Origin: Acidobacteriota bacterium
GTDB lineage: Bacteria > Acidobacteriota > UBA6911 > RPQK01 > JAJDTT01
Length of the DNA: 64,000 nt
NCBI GenBank assembly: GCA_965217775.1
Contig: CBDCJH010000002.1
Span: 5,568,001 to 5,632,000 of the forward strand
Direction: 5' to 3'
Positions 18,742 to 29,669 of this stretch are shown piece by piece. Within the stretch, counting starts at the first letter, position 1. Each line of letters opens with the position of its first letter. The notes below the pieces were generated by a model. The model searched no databases, was not told the DNA's origin, and saw nothing but the letters and a program-made list of their open reading frames with translations. Both the position numbers and the translations under genes were made by a program.

Positions 18742-21700
18742 ATGAACCTCGAAGATCTTCAGCCCCACGCCCAGGTCGGAGGTATTGATCCGGAAGGGCC
18801 GGTAACGGTAGTCGCCGCGAAGTGGTTGGGGTCGCGGGCTGTCGAGGTCGCTTACAGAACTCCTTCGAGCAGAGCAGCCACCAAGGCCCTGCGCCGGAGC
18901 GATCAGCAAAGTCTCGAAGCAATCTCCGAGTCTCTCTTCTTGGACCTTCGACGCCGGCGGCACGCTATTCCGGCTCGTCTCCGAGGCCCAACGCATCCGC
19001 CTCGCCCACCTCTTCGATCCCCTGCTGGCCGTCCATACCTCCCTGGTCGAGCCGCTGCCCCACCAGATCACGGCGGTCTACGAGTCGATGCTGCCGCGCC
19101 AGCCCCTCCGCTTCCTCCTCGCCGACGATCCAGGCAGCGGCAAGACGATCATGGCGGGGCTGCTCATGAAGGAGATGATCGTCCGGGGTGACCTCGAACG
19201 CTGTCTGGTCGTGTGCCCCGGGAGCTTGGCCGAGCAGTGGCAGGACGAACTGGAGCGCCGGTTCCAGCTTCCCTTCGCCGTCTACACCAGCGAGGCGCTC
19301 CAAGCGGCACGGCCCGACAACTGGTTCGAGCGGAACGACCTGATCATCGCACGCCTCGACATGCTCTCCCGCAACCAGGAGGTCCAGGAACTGCTCCGGG
19401 CTCCGGAGTGCCGCTGGGACCTGGTGGTGTGCGACGAGGCCCACAAGATGTCGGCCAGCTACTTCGGCCGGGAGGCCAGGTACACGAAGCGCTACGGGTT
19501 GGGAGAGCTGCTCGGCCGACTCACTCGTCACTTCCTCCTCATGACCGCCACACCCCACAACGGCAAGGAGGACGATTTCCAGCTTTCCATGGCGCTGCTC
19601 GACGACGACCGGTTCGAGGGACGCTTCCGCCCCGGCGTTCACCGCCCCGACACCTCGGACCTGATGCGCCGCATGGTCAAGGAGAAACTGTTCAAGTTCG
19701 ACGGAACGCCGCTTTTCCCCGTGCGCCGCGCCTACACCGTTCCCTACAAGCTCTCCGAGGGCGAAGCAGCACTGTACAAGGCGGTTACCCAATATGTGCG
19801 GAGAGAGTTCAATCGGGCGGAGCGCCTCGATGCCAGGAAGCGGACGACCGTCGGATTCGCGCTGACCATCCTGCAGCGTCGCCTCGCCTCGTCGCCCGAA
19901 GCAATCCACCGATCTCTGCGCAGGCGTCGCCAGCGTCTGTAGGACCGGCTGCGGGAGATGGAGGACCTTCTCAGTGGCCGGGCAGTGGCTTCCTCGCTCG
20001 TGCCGGGCGGTCCCGAACTGGAATCGGAAGATATCGAAGATCTGGAGGACGCGCCCGAGGGCGAAGTCGAGGCGGCCGAAGCCGAGGTGCTGGACCAGGC
20101 GACTGCCGCCCGTTCGATTCCCGAGCTGAAGGCGGAGACCGAGACGTTGCGGGAGCTGGAACGGCTCGCCCGCAAGGTTCTGAACCGAAGCGACGACACC
20201 AAGTGGCGGGAACTGGCCGGTCTGCTGGGCAAGGTCTTCACACCTGCCGGTCTGGCGCCGCACGTCAAGGAGCCTGGAGTGCCCTACGGAGCGGGGGAGA
20301 TCCCGCCTCCCCAGTCGTCGCCCGGCCAGAAGTTGGTCGTCTTCACCGAGCACAAGGACACTCTCAACTACCTGAACGACCGCATCAGGACCCTGATCGG
20401 GCGGCCCGAGGCCGTGGTCGTGATTCACGGCGGGCTGAACCGGCGCGACCGGCTCAGGGCGCAGGAGGCCTTCCGCCACGATCCGGAGGTCAGGGTGCTG
20501 CTGGCCACCGACGCCGCAGGGGAAGGGATCAACCTGCAGCGCGCGCACCTGATGGTGAACTACGACCTGCCGTGGAACCCCAACCGCCTCGAACAGCGCT
20601 TCGGGCGCATCCACCGCATCGGTCAGGCCGAAGTCTGCCACCTGTGGAATCTCGTCGCCGCGGACACCCGGGAAGGGAAGGTCTATCAGACGCTGTTGGA
20701 CAAGCTGGAGACCGAGCGGCAGGCCCTGGGCGGCCAGGTGTTTGATGTGCTCGGTCAGGTCCGGTTCGAGGGGAATTCGTTGAAGGATCTGCTGGTCAAG
20801 GCGATCCGCTGCTCGACGCCGTACTCGATCTGACCCTGGAACGGAACCCCACGGTCCTCAAACGCGGCGCAGTGCTGGTCGACGACCGTGACCCTGGGGT
20901 GGAACCGCGGGTCCTCATCAATCTGGAGCACGCTGTTCACGACGCCCGGCCGGCAATGGACGGAGCGGAGCGGACCATCTCCATGCATATGATCTACCTC
21001 GACTTCGGTCCGGAGGGCGTGCGAGGCTGCGTCCAGTTCGCGCCGTACCTGGATTTTCGACCGCTCCAGCCGCACGAACCCTCGCCCGGCGAGATCCTCG
21101 GCCGACAGGAGTGCGCGTGGATCGGCCGCGAGCTTGAGCGTCAGGCGGCGGCGTACGCGGCCGAGAAGGTCGTTCCCGAGCACTTGGCGGAGGTCGGCAA
21201 GGCCAGGCAGTCCGCCATCGACAGGACGGAGGCGGCGGTCAAGGACCGGCTCACGAAGGAGATCTCCCGTTGGGACCACCGCGCCGAGGATCTGAAGCTC
21301 CGGGAGAAGGCCGGTCTTGCCAGTGCCGGCCGGAACTCGCGGGAGGCCGCGAAGTATGCCGATCAACTTCAGGCCAGGCTCAAACGGCGGCTCGATGTGC
21401 TGGCGCTGGAACGGCGCATCTCGGCGGGGCCGCCGGTCGTGCTCGGCGGAATGCTGGTCGTGCCGAGGGGTTTGCTCGACAGGATCGCCGGTCTCAAGAC
21501 CAGGAGCAAAGCCGCCGCCGACACGCAGGCGATCGCGGCGCGAGCCCGCGCCATCGTCATGGAGGTCGAGCGCGGCCTGGGCTTCGAGCCAACCGACCGG
21601 GAGTTCGAGAGGTTGGGGTACGACATCGAGAGCCGGGTTCCCGAGACCGGCCGTCTGCGGTTCATTGAAGTGAAAGGCCGGGTCGAAGGCGCGCCGACGA

Positions 21701-21900
21701 TCACGGTGACGCGCAACGAGATCCTGTTCTCGCTCAACAAGCCGGACGGCTTCATCTTGGCGATCGTCGAGTTCCCGGACGAGGGAGGGCACCGCGTCCA
21801 CTACCTGCGGCGGCCATTCCGACGGGAGCCCGACTTCGGCGCAACCGGCGTCCTGTACGACTTCTCGGACTTGCTCGCGCGGGCGGGAGAGCCGTCGTGA
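18742..21900 (+). pseudogene. SNF2-family helicase with C-terminal DUF3883, disrupted
   Basis: [57 protein letters not shown]; frameshift near 18940, in-frame TAG 19940-42, frame change/deletion near 20810. Confidence 0.88.
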
Positions 21901-22183
21901 GGTGGCGGGCAGATCGTGCATCTGCACCGGCACAGGCGGCAGCGGGTGCGGGCAGTATTGGGGGCGGGCCGGGTTCACTACGAACCGGAGGGTGGATCAA
22001 CGCAATGAGCTTCGGAGCATCGGGGCTTTCCGGCGACTGGTCTCGAAGCTGGGACTGGCGCGGGAGATCGACCTCTGGCTGAAACTGCTGAAGCAGCCCC
22101 TGCCAGATTACGAGCCGGACGACAACTCCAGCAACGAAGCGGTAACGCCGTTCCGGGCCATCCCCGGATTGGCGGAACTCCGT

Positions 22184-23797
22184 TCACCGCTTCAGCAGCT
22201 CATCCAGCGACAGCTTCTCGAAGACGAGGTCCGACCGGCTCCCCTCGTAGACGATCCCCACGTGCCGATCGTCGACCCGGGTGATGCCGGGATAGCCGCG
22301 CCCCCGGCCCTCGTCCAGCAGAATCTGGTAGTCCTCGGGCCAGGTCATGCCGTCGTCGAAGCTGACCTTGATGGTGTGGTGATGCCGCCCGTCCGTGGCG
22401 TTCGGATTGGCAAACAGCAAGATGTGTTTCGACTCGCCCTCTTCCTGGTAGTCGAAACGGAAAAGACTGGCGTTGCAATTCGGTTCGATCAACGCCTTGC
22501 GGTTGGTTTCGTGCGGTATCCAGCTGAGGCCCAGATCCCAGGTCACATAGATGGCCCGGTACGGGTCCGGCTTGTCGTTGCGCATGTTCAGCATGATGGA
22601 TCCGTTGCCGAGCTCCACCGCCAGGGTTTCGTTGCCTCCACTGAAGGACGGGCTGCTCACCGTCCAGGTGGCGCCATGGTCGCGGCTGTAGGTGATATTG
22701 CCAAAGGGGTATCCGGTCTCGTCCCGCCCCTGAGTCGGCATGATGAGGGTCCCGTCGGAACGAGTGATCCCACGGTTCGGCGCCGGCGCGAAGAGCCACC
22801 ATTCCGATTTCTTGAATTTACGCGTGAGGTTCTCGGGCTCGGTCCAGGTGAGGCCGTCGTCCTTGGAACGGACCATCAGGAACTGGGCGGTCTTTCCGAT
22901 TTCGTATCCCGGCTCGGAGCCGTCCTCGCGCCATTGGTGCTTGCCCGGTTTGCCCCACATCCAGACGGCGGTGACGAAGATCTCCCCGGTGTTCTGGTCC
23001 ACGAGGATGCCGGGGTCGCTGACCCCGTTCTCCTCCTGGGGCAACCCGCCCCATTCCTCCATGTCCATGATCGCCCGCTGCGGCTCCCAGGTCTGGCCGC
23101 CGTCCATGCTGCGGATCAGCCCGATATCGATGTCTTCCTGCAAGTCTCGCGACTTCCGCCACCGCATGTCGTAGACGCACAGCAGGGTGCCCTTGGGCGT
23201 CGTGGCCAGCGCCGGGATGCGATAGGTGTGGACCCCGTCGTCCAGGTGTTTGCGCAGGGCCACGCCGATCCGTTTACGGACTCCGGGAGTTGCGTCCACG
23301 GGAGTCAGCACTCCTGCCGAGGTGTTGACGGAAGTGCAGACGGCATCGGTTTTGTGTCCCAAGTCGGCGGTTGCCCGCAACCGGACGGAGAGCCAGAAGA
23401 CATTCTTCCCTGGCGACAGTTCCTGATTTCCGGTGAAGATGACTTCCTTAGCTGGGCGAGCGAGATCGCCGAACCTGTTCTCAACCCCGAATTCCTCCTT
23501 GTCACCCGAGTAGAACAACTCCAGGGACTCAATGTCGTTCAGATCGTCCGTACCGCTAAGCCTAAAGAGGAATAATCCGGCGGTGTGGCCGGCGGCCTGT
23601 GCTTCGACAGACAGTCGCAGCAGCGGATTGTGTTCATTTCGGATCAGCACCGGATGCACTCGTTGGGACGCGGTGATTTCCAGGCCGCCGAAGAACGTTC
23701 CGCTACATCCAACGAGAGTCAGCAGGAGCAGGATGGAAGCCGCATGTCCCATCGCGATCAGACGAGTCGGTTTCGGAAATCCTCTTCCGGTTTTCAT
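22184..23797 (-). CDS. Exo-alpha-sialidase (GH33), probable lipoprotein
   Basis: YRIP motif; Asp boxes SMDGGQTW, SKDDGLTW, SRDHGATW, SFDDGMTW; LVGC lipobox; GGAGGAG RBS before ATG 23797. Confidence 0.9.
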   Translation of the reverse strand: MKTGRGFPKPTRLIAMGHAASILLLLTLVGCSGTFFGGLEITASQRVHPVLIRNEHNPLLRLSVEAQAAGHTAGLFLFRLSGTDDLNDIESLELFYSGDKEEFGVENRFGDLARPAKEVIFTGNQELSPGKNVFWLSVRLRATADLGHKTDAVCTSVNTSAGVLTPVDATPGVRKRIGVALRKHLDDGVHTYRIPALATTPKGTLLCVYDMRWRKSRDLQEDIDIGLIRSMDGGQTWEPQRAIMDMEEWGGLPQEENGVSDPGILVDQNTGEIFVTAVWMWGKPGKHQWREDGSEPGYEIGKTAQFLMVRSKDDGLTWTEPENLTRKFKKSEWWLFAPAPNRGITRSDGTLIMPTQGRDETGYPFGNITYSRDHGATWTVSSPSFSGGNETLAVELGNGSIMLNMRNDKPDPYRAIYVTWDLGLSWIPHETNRKALIEPNCNASLFRFDYQEEGESKHILLFANPNATDGRHHHTIKVSFDDGMTWPEDYQILLDEGRGRGYPGITRVDDRHVGIVYEGSRSDLVFEKLSLDELLKR

Positions 23798-23828
23798 AGG
23801 TTCTCCTCCATTGGCCTGGTCGGGCTTG

Positions 23829-23988
23829 GCAGCCCGTGGCAAAAGTCGTCACGGCATTCGACCGTCCCTGCATCCCGGCGGACTGCGTTGCGATTCGGTC
23901 ACATACTCCCGGTATGCTCCCTCATCGCGCCTTGTCCGGCGGGCGCAGGAACGGTCTCGGTGCTCGCGAGACTTTCACCACGGACTGC
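23829..23988. mobile_element. MITE-like element, ~160 bp
   Basis: Terminal inverted repeats GCAGCCCGTGGCAAAAGTC (23829-47) and GACTTTCACCACGGACTGC (23970-88), 16/19; no ORF. Confidence 0.7.
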
Positions 23989-24082
23989 TGGGTCCGCAGG
24001 GAGTCGATTCTACTCCCATTGGGGCCGCTCCTCTCGAGTCTTGACCCTGGCTTGGGAACGAGGCCCAACCCGGAAGGCTCGG

Positions 24083-25096
24083 TCAGAGGCGGATTCTGGC
24101 CAAGTAGATGCTGGTCTTTCCCTCATGGGAAGAGTAGTAGCTGATCCAGAGAAGTCCCTGGTACCAGACCATCCCCGGGTAGCTCGTGTCGCCGCCGCTG
24201 GGCAGCTTGAGCACAGGTTCGTAGCCGCTCAACGTCAATCGGGCCAGGACGGTGAAGGGCTCTCCCCGGGTCCAGGCTCCGATCACGGGCGTTCCGGGCG
24301 GATACCCTCGGGACGCGGCCCACAATGATCCGTCGGGTACCCGGATGAAATTGGGACCTCCCAGACGGTGCTCCAGCTTGTGAAACGTCCATTCCCGGTA
24401 GGGTGGCGGGCTGCTTCCAACCCAACCCGGCCGGATCAGAGCCACCATCCGGTCGTCCGGCAGGAAACGGACGGTGGTTTCGCTGGGAGCCGTCTTTCGA
24501 GCCTCGGGCGTCAGGCCGGGCAGCTTGAATTCCGTGATCCAGTTCCACTCGATCCCGTCGGTGGTCCAGTAGAGGAAGGCACGTCGAGGAGTGGGAGTCT
24601 CACCCAATTTGGAGACGCCGTAGCCGCGCCCCTTGTGCCAGGTCACGCGCCACACCCAATGATCCTCCGCCAAGACACGGCGGGGCGATGACCAGTCGAA
24701 TCCGTTCCCGGAAAAGGCCACCCGGGGCGCCCGCGTCAGGTACCGGTCCCCGTCGTACAGGCTGCCACCGGAGATGAGGAGAAGGCGTCCGTCCGCCATC
24801 ACGGACAATTTGGGATCCCTCAGATCCACACCCTCTTCAGTCACCAGTGCGGCCGATTCCCACCCTTCACCATCCTGGGAAACGAGCACCCGCAACTGGC
24901 CGTGCCGGCCTCCCGCGTGGCGCTCCCCCTCCCGGAAGGTGCAGAACCACTTTCCCTGAAAGCGGACCAGATCCGTGAAGGCGTTATGAGGCGCCCGGTC
25001 CCAGATCTTCCGGACCGATATGATCTCCGGCGCACCGGCGCTCACGACGGCAGTGCCCACCCACCAGAAAAAAAGCATGCGGAGAACAGGTGCCAT
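24083..25096 (-). CDS. Secreted sialidase-like/BNR beta-propeller protein
   Basis: APHNAFTDL, CTFREG, SQDGEGW, DLRDPKL, GGDTSYPG, SYYSSHEG. Confidence 0.8.
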   Translation of the reverse strand: MAPVLRMLFFWWVGTAVVSAGAPEIISVRKIWDRAPHNAFTDLVRFQGKWFCTFREGERHAGGRHGQLRVLVSQDGEGWESAALVTEEGVDLRDPKLSVMADGRLLLISGGSLYDGDRYLTRAPRVAFSGNGFDWSSPRRVLAEDHWVWRVTWHKGRGYGVSKLGETPTPRRAFLYWTTDGIEWNWITEFKLPGLTPEARKTAPSETTVRFLPDDRMVALIRPGWVGSSPPPYREWTFHKLEHRLGGPNFIRVPDGSLWAASRGYPPGTPVIGAWTRGEPFTVLARLTLSGYEPVLKLPSGGDTSYPGMVWYQGLLWISYYSSHEGKTSIYLARIRL

Positions 25097-25169
25097 CTCC
25101 CGCTCCTCCTGTCCGAAAGGATGTTCTCGGCTCGGAACGTTTCATGCCAATCTAGCACTGCAAAATACC

Positions 25170-25220
25170 GTCCGCCAGGATGCAGGCCCGGTCGAATGCC
25201 GTGACGACTCTTGCCACGGG
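25170..25220 (-). repeat. Partial inverted copy of the MITE left end
   Basis: Reverse complement matches 23833..23883 with about 4 mismatches. Confidence 0.85.
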
Positions 25221-25273
25221 GTATTGACGGACCGGACACTGCACGTACCAACGACACCGCTGTCCCCTGATTG

Positions 25274-25303
25274 TTGACAGTGTCGGACGACATCCCTTAG
25301 ACT
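25274..25303 (+). promoter_or_regulatory. Putative sigma70 promoter for the TBDR (TTGACA-N18-TAGACT)
   Basis: Consensus -35 and near-consensus -10; TGTCGGACGACA imperfect palindrome in the spacer. Confidence 0.45.
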
Positions 25304-25471
25304 TCCGAAATCCCAGGGTTGGTCGAACTCTAAATGCTCGAGGCAGAATACGTTGATCCTTTCTATTCGACCAATCCCACCGAGTACGCCACAGCAAGAG
25401 GAGCACGGCGCAGTCGCGCCGGGTGGTTTCCCTCAGCTTCCTTATTTCCCACCGATTCGGAGGAAAAGGTA

Positions 25472-28400
25472 ATGCGACGTAGTTCAATGGCCGTAATCAT
25501 GTTGGTCGCGATCGTTCTGGCGTCGGCTGGCGGTCTCCGGGCCCAGGCAGAAGGGTCCGGGACCATCACGGGTACGGTGCGCGACAATAGCGGTGCCGTG
25601 GTTCCTGGTGCTGACTTGGCCGTTGCCAATGAGGCGACGGGCCTCAGACGAACCGGCATTTCCGGCGAACAAGGGGCTTTCACTTTCGCCGCCTTGCCGG
25701 TCGGCTTGTACAACCTCAGTGTGGAGATGCCCGGCTTCAAGAAAGCGGTCGTGGAAGGGATCCAACTCGAGGTATACGCCGTGGTGGATCACACCCTGAC
25801 TCTTCAGGTGGGTGAAGTCAGCGATACGGTGTTGGTCACGGCCGAGGCTACGGTGGTGGACCGAAGAACCGCCGAGCTGGGGACCGTGATCGGGAAAGAG
25901 TTGGTCGAGGAACTGCCGCTGAACGGCCGGGGTTTCTTGCAGCTCGCCGGGATTCAGGCTGGCGTGCAGGACGGTAATGCTGCTCCCGGCGTAGCGCAAT
26001 GGGCTTACGGTCCTCGCCAGACCTCGGCGTCCATTTCCGGAACGCGGGTGAGTTCCACGTCGTTCGTATTCGACGGGATTCCTTTCAAGGAGCATTTTTA
26101 CGGTGCCCCGGGGGCCCTCGTTCAAGTCGATGCCATCGCGGAATTCAAGGTGCAGAAGGGCTTTTTCACGGGCCGCGGTGCAACCCCAGGAGTGATCAGC
26201 GTCGTCACCAAACAGGGAACGAACGTGGTTCATGGGAGCGCCTGGTTTTTTCACCGTAACGACAACCTGGATGCCAGAAGCTTCTTTGAAAGAGAGATCG
26301 GAGAGTTTCGGCAACACCAGTGGGGCTTCGAGGTCGGGGGGCCGGTACTGAAGGACAAGCTGTTCTGGTACACCTCTTTGGAGGGGTTGGATTCCAGCCG
26401 GTTCAACACCCAGTTCCTCACCGTACCGTCGACCGCGTATCTCCGGGGGGATTTTTCCTCGTTGTCGACTCCCATCATGGACCCGATGACGGGCGAGGCC
26501 TTTCCCAACAACCAGATTCCGTCCAATCGCATTCACAAGTGGGCCCAGTTGTATATGGAGGATGGCCTCATTCCAGCGCCCAATCTTCCAGTAACCGCCA
26601 ACAACTTCACCGGTGCCGCACCGACCAATCAGACTGACAGGAAATGGATCTGGCGTGGAGACTGGCAGATCTCGGACAATGATAAAGTCTTTGCCCGGGT
26701 GATCCACTCCGACTCGCAACTGTACGCCAGTAGAATCAACAAAGGGGCGAATGTCGAGTATCCGCTGGATGGAAGAAATGCCGTCGTCAACTGGACCCAC
26801 GTTTTTGCCAATAATCTGATTCTGGACGCGCGCGCCGGACTGAACCGCGCCGTGATGTCATTGGCGCAGAACCTGGAACGGGACACGGACCCGATCTGGT
26901 CCGAAAGGTACGGGATCAGAAACATCAACACGACCCGGACTTGCAACTATGCTCCAGGTGCACGAATGGTCGGCTATTCGAGCTTTGGGGGCGCCGGCAA
27001 CTGCATCGTCCCGGTCAACAACGACCTCTACTACATGGCCGATATGAGCTACACCCAGGGTCGGCACGAAATGACCTGGGGTATGACCATCATCGACCGG
27101 TTCACACAGCAACTGGCGGCCTCGTGGACCCAGGGGAACTTCCAATTTTCAGGAATCATTACCGGGAACGACGTGGCCGACTTCCTATTGGGGCATCCTG
27201 AGAATTCTACGGGCGCCGCGGCGGCTGGGGCGAATCGGGTGTCCATGTGGTGGGACGCGTATTTCGAGGACCGCATCCGCGTGACCCCCAATCTCAGCCT
27301 GACCCTGGCTCTGCGCTACCAGGTGCATCCCTGGCTCGCTCTGGAGGTTGGACCGGAAGGCGGCAACTATCTGGATATAATGGACTTCACGCGTCCGCGC
27401 GGAGGCGTGATTTTCGGAGGGCCGGGAAGTCTGATCGATACCGACTTCAACGATTTCGCGCCACGGATCGGGTTTGCCTGGACACCCACTGCCAACCAGA
27501 ATTTCGTGCTCCGGGGCAGCTACGGTGTCTTCTATGACGAAACCCCGGGCAACGACTTGGCGTGGGACAGCTCCGGTCCGCAAAATGCATTCATTAACAA
27601 TGCGATCAGCCGGGATCCGAGGAACCCCGTAGACATCGGCACGCTGTTTAAGGATCCTCCCGTATTCGATCCGGACAACTTCAACGAAATTCTGGATATG
27701 AGCGATCCCATCGGATATGTCTCACTGATTACGGATGAGAGACGGAGTCCGTATCTGCAGAACTGGACCTTGAGCATTCAGAACATGCTTCCGGGGCAGG
27801 TTCTGCTGGAGACGGCTTATGTCGGATCGACCGGCAGGAAACTGTCCCAGCGGCAGGAGTTGAATCGTCCACTTCCCCAACTCGGCGCGCCCCCCTTCGA
27901 GCAGGAGCGCCGCCCCTGGCCCAATATCGGCTTCAATATCCAGGACGCCGGTGCGGGGATGTCCGATTACAATGCACTTCAAGTCACCGTCAGAAAATCC
28001 AGCTCCAAACTCAGCTTCCTGATGGGCTATACCTGGGGGAAGACAACCGACTGGGATTCCTTTGGGTCCGTGACGACGTATCGGCTGACCGACACCAACA
28101 ACGCCCGAAGCGATTGGGATATGGGACACCGTTTGTCCTTCAGTTGGAACTACCTGCTTCCGAAGATGGAAGGCCAATCCGGCGTTATTCGGAATATCTT
28201 GGGTGGCTGGCAGTTTGGTGGGATTACTACGATAAACAGTGGACTGCCGATTACGGTTGGCATGTCCAGCGACAATTCCAACACGGGATCCACCTATAAC
28301 GCACGTCAGCCGAACCGGTTGCGCAACGGCACCAAGGGAACCCCCACGATCGAACAATGGTTCAATACGGCTGCTTTTGCGGAAAATCCTCTGAATACCT

Positions 28401-28654
28401 ACGGGAACAGCGGCCGCAATATCCTTGATCGAGACGGGATCATCAACCAGGATCTGGCCCTGATCAAGAACTGGAGTCTTCCCATGTTGCCGACCGAGGA
28501 AGGACAGTTGCAGCTCAGATTCGAGTTCTTCAACGCCTTCAACCACCCGAACTTCGGCGGTCCAAGCTCCAATATTCAGAGTGCAGCCTTCGGAAGGGTC
28601 AGCGGCGCGTTGTCCGGCCGAGTCATACAAGCCGCTTTGAAGATATATTTTTGA
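25472..28654 (+). CDS. TonB-dependent receptor (Oar-like, N-terminal carboxypeptidase-regulatory-like domain)
   Basis: GTITGTVRDNSGAVVPGA, ELPLNGR, RNDNLDARSFF, NDFAPRIGFAW, LRFEFFNAFNHPNF, C-terminal Phe; GGAGG RBS. Confidence 0.93.
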   Translation: MRRSSMAVIMLVAIVLASAGGLRAQAEGSGTITGTVRDNSGAVVPGADLAVANEATGLRRTGISGEQGAFTFAALPVGLYNLSVEMPGFKKAVVEGIQLEVYAVVDHTLTLQVGEVSDTVLVTAEATVVDRRTAELGTVIGKELVEELPLNGRGFLQLAGIQAGVQDGNAAPGVAQWAYGPRQTSASISGTRVSSTSFVFDGIPFKEHFYGAPGALVQVDAIAEFKVQKGFFTGRGATPGVISVVTKQGTNVVHGSAWFFHRNDNLDARSFFEREIGEFRQHQWGFEVGGPVLKDKLFWYTSLEGLDSSRFNTQFLTVPSTAYLRGDFSSLSTPIMDPMTGEAFPNNQIPSNRIHKWAQLYMEDGLIPAPNLPVTANNFTGAAPTNQTDRKWIWRGDWQISDNDKVFARVIHSDSQLYASRINKGANVEYPLDGRNAVVNWTHVFANNLILDARAGLNRAVMSLAQNLERDTDPIWSERYGIRNINTTRTCNYAPGARMVGYSSFGGAGNCIVPVNNDLYYMADMSYTQGRHEMTWGMTIIDRFTQQLAASWTQGNFQFSGIITGNDVADFLLGHPENSTGAAAAGANRVSMWWDAYFEDRIRVTPNLSLTLALRYQVHPWLALEVGPEGGNYLDIMDFTRPRGGVIFGGPGSLIDTDFNDFAPRIGFAWTPTANQNFVLRGSYGVFYDETPGNDLAWDSSGPQNAFINNAISRDPRNPVDIGTLFKDPPVFDPDNFNEILDMSDPIGYVSLITDERRSPYLQNWTLSIQNMLPGQVLLETAYVGSTGRKLSQRQELNRPLPQLGAPPFEQERRPWPNIGFNIQDAGAGMSDYNALQVTVRKSSSKLSFLMGYTWGKTTDWDSFGSVTTYRLTDTNNARSDWDMGHRLSFSWNYLLPKMEGQSGVIRNILGGWQFGGITTINSGLPITVGMSSDNSNTGSTYNARQPNRLRNGTKGTPTIEQWFNTAAFAENPLNTYGNSGRNILDRDGIINQDLALIKNWSLPMLPTEEGQLQLRFEFFNAFNHPNFGGPSSNIQSAAFGRVSGALSGRVIQAALKIYF

Positions 28655-28656
28655 CA

Positions 28657-28717
28657 GGAGGGGGGACTATCGTCCCCCCTAACCCCCCCTAATCGGCGGC
28701 AAGAAAGCCGCCGCTCC
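28657..28717. repeat. Inverted REP doublet between convergent genes
   Basis: GGAG-GGGGGAC-TATC-GTCCCCC (+) and GGAGCGGCGGCTTTCTTGCCGCCGA (-, 28693..28717); may also act as a terminator. Confidence 0.75.
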
Positions 28718-29599
28718 CCAATCCGCCAAATCGACACCTGACCGCTGCATGTAGTCGCGGATGTATTCGAGGGTGTCCTCCTGCCCGTGCCCCGCGTCTC
28801 GAAACCGGGTGATGAGCGTTTCCACGAGCGGGCCGACTTCCAGCGGCACGCCGAGTTCTCTGCCCAATTCGACACCCAGGCGCATGTCCTTGACGGCCCC
28901 GTCAGTGACGAAGTGCAGCGGTTCGCCGTCGAGGAACAGCTTCATGCTCCTTTCCAGGAAGGTGCTGTGGCCCATGCTCGGCTTGACGACATCGAGCAGA
29001 GTCCGCGGATCGATGCCCGCCTTGACACCCATGGCCATCCCTTCGCAGGCGCCGATGAAGTTGATGTACATCATCAGGTTGTTCACCAGCTTGGCGACGT
29101 TTCCGGAACCCGCCGGCCCAATGTGGACCACGGTCTTTCCGAAGCACTGGAGGAGGGGGCGGTACTTTTCGAATGTCGCCTGTTCTCCGCCGACGAATAC
29201 GGTCAGCGTGGCATCTCGCGCACCCCATATGCCTCCGCTGATGGGCGCATCCAGGACCTGAATGCCCCTGGATGCGCCGGTTTCTCCGATGCGGCGCATG
29301 ACCTCGGGTGCGTTGGTGCTGGTATCGATGCAGGCGCCTCCCGCGGCCAGACCGGCAAAGACGCCGTTCTCGCCCAGGACGACCGATTCCACTTGCACCG
29401 GACCGGGAAGCGACAGCAGCACCACGTCGGACCGGACTGCCGTCTCCTCAGGGCTCGTTGCCCACGTCGCACCTGAGTCCTCGAGATTTCGACCATGCTC
29501 GCGACGGATGTCGTGGATGGTCAGTTCGTGTCCGGCCTGCTGCAGGTTGGCTGCCATGGGATTCCCCATGGCCCCCAGGCCGATGAATCCGACTCTCAT
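28679..29599 (-). CDS. NAD(P)-dependent oxidoreductase, 3-hydroxyisobutyrate dehydrogenase family
   Basis: GFIGLGAMGNPMA, DAPISGG, AKLVNN, KDMRL. Confidence 0.9.
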   Translation of the reverse strand: MRVGFIGLGAMGNPMAANLQQAGHELTIHDIRREHGRNLEDSGATWATSPEETAVRSDVVLLSLPGPVQVESVVLGENGVFAGLAAGGACIDTSTNAPEVMRRIGETGASRGIQVLDAPISGGIWGARDATLTVFVGGEQATFEKYRPLLQCFGKTVVHIGPAGSGNVAKLVNNLMMYINFIGACEGMAMGVKAGIDPRTLLDVVKPSMGHSTFLERSMKLFLDGEPLHFVTDGAVKDMRLGVELGRELGVPLEVGPLVETLITRFRDAGHGQEDTLEYIRDYMQRSGVDLADWGAAAFLPPIRGG

Positions 29600-29669
29600 T
29601 TCGGTACCTCTCTACCGGTCCTGATTCTGTGAGGAACACGGACGGCGTGAAGGACGGACCGGTGTGGAT

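Noticed and set aside
19940-19942. In-frame TAG in the helicase as pyrrolysine or programmed readthrough
   Set aside because: The same gene has a frameshift and a deletion and its partner genes are decayed; a nonsense mutation is the simpler explanation
18965-20641. 558-aa antisense ORF
   Set aside because: Shadow of the helicase in GC-rich DNA; no recognisable motifs
21902-23575. 557-aa plus-strand ORF
   Set aside because: Mostly antisense to the sialidase; the 21900-22183 part may hold gene debris but I could not identify it
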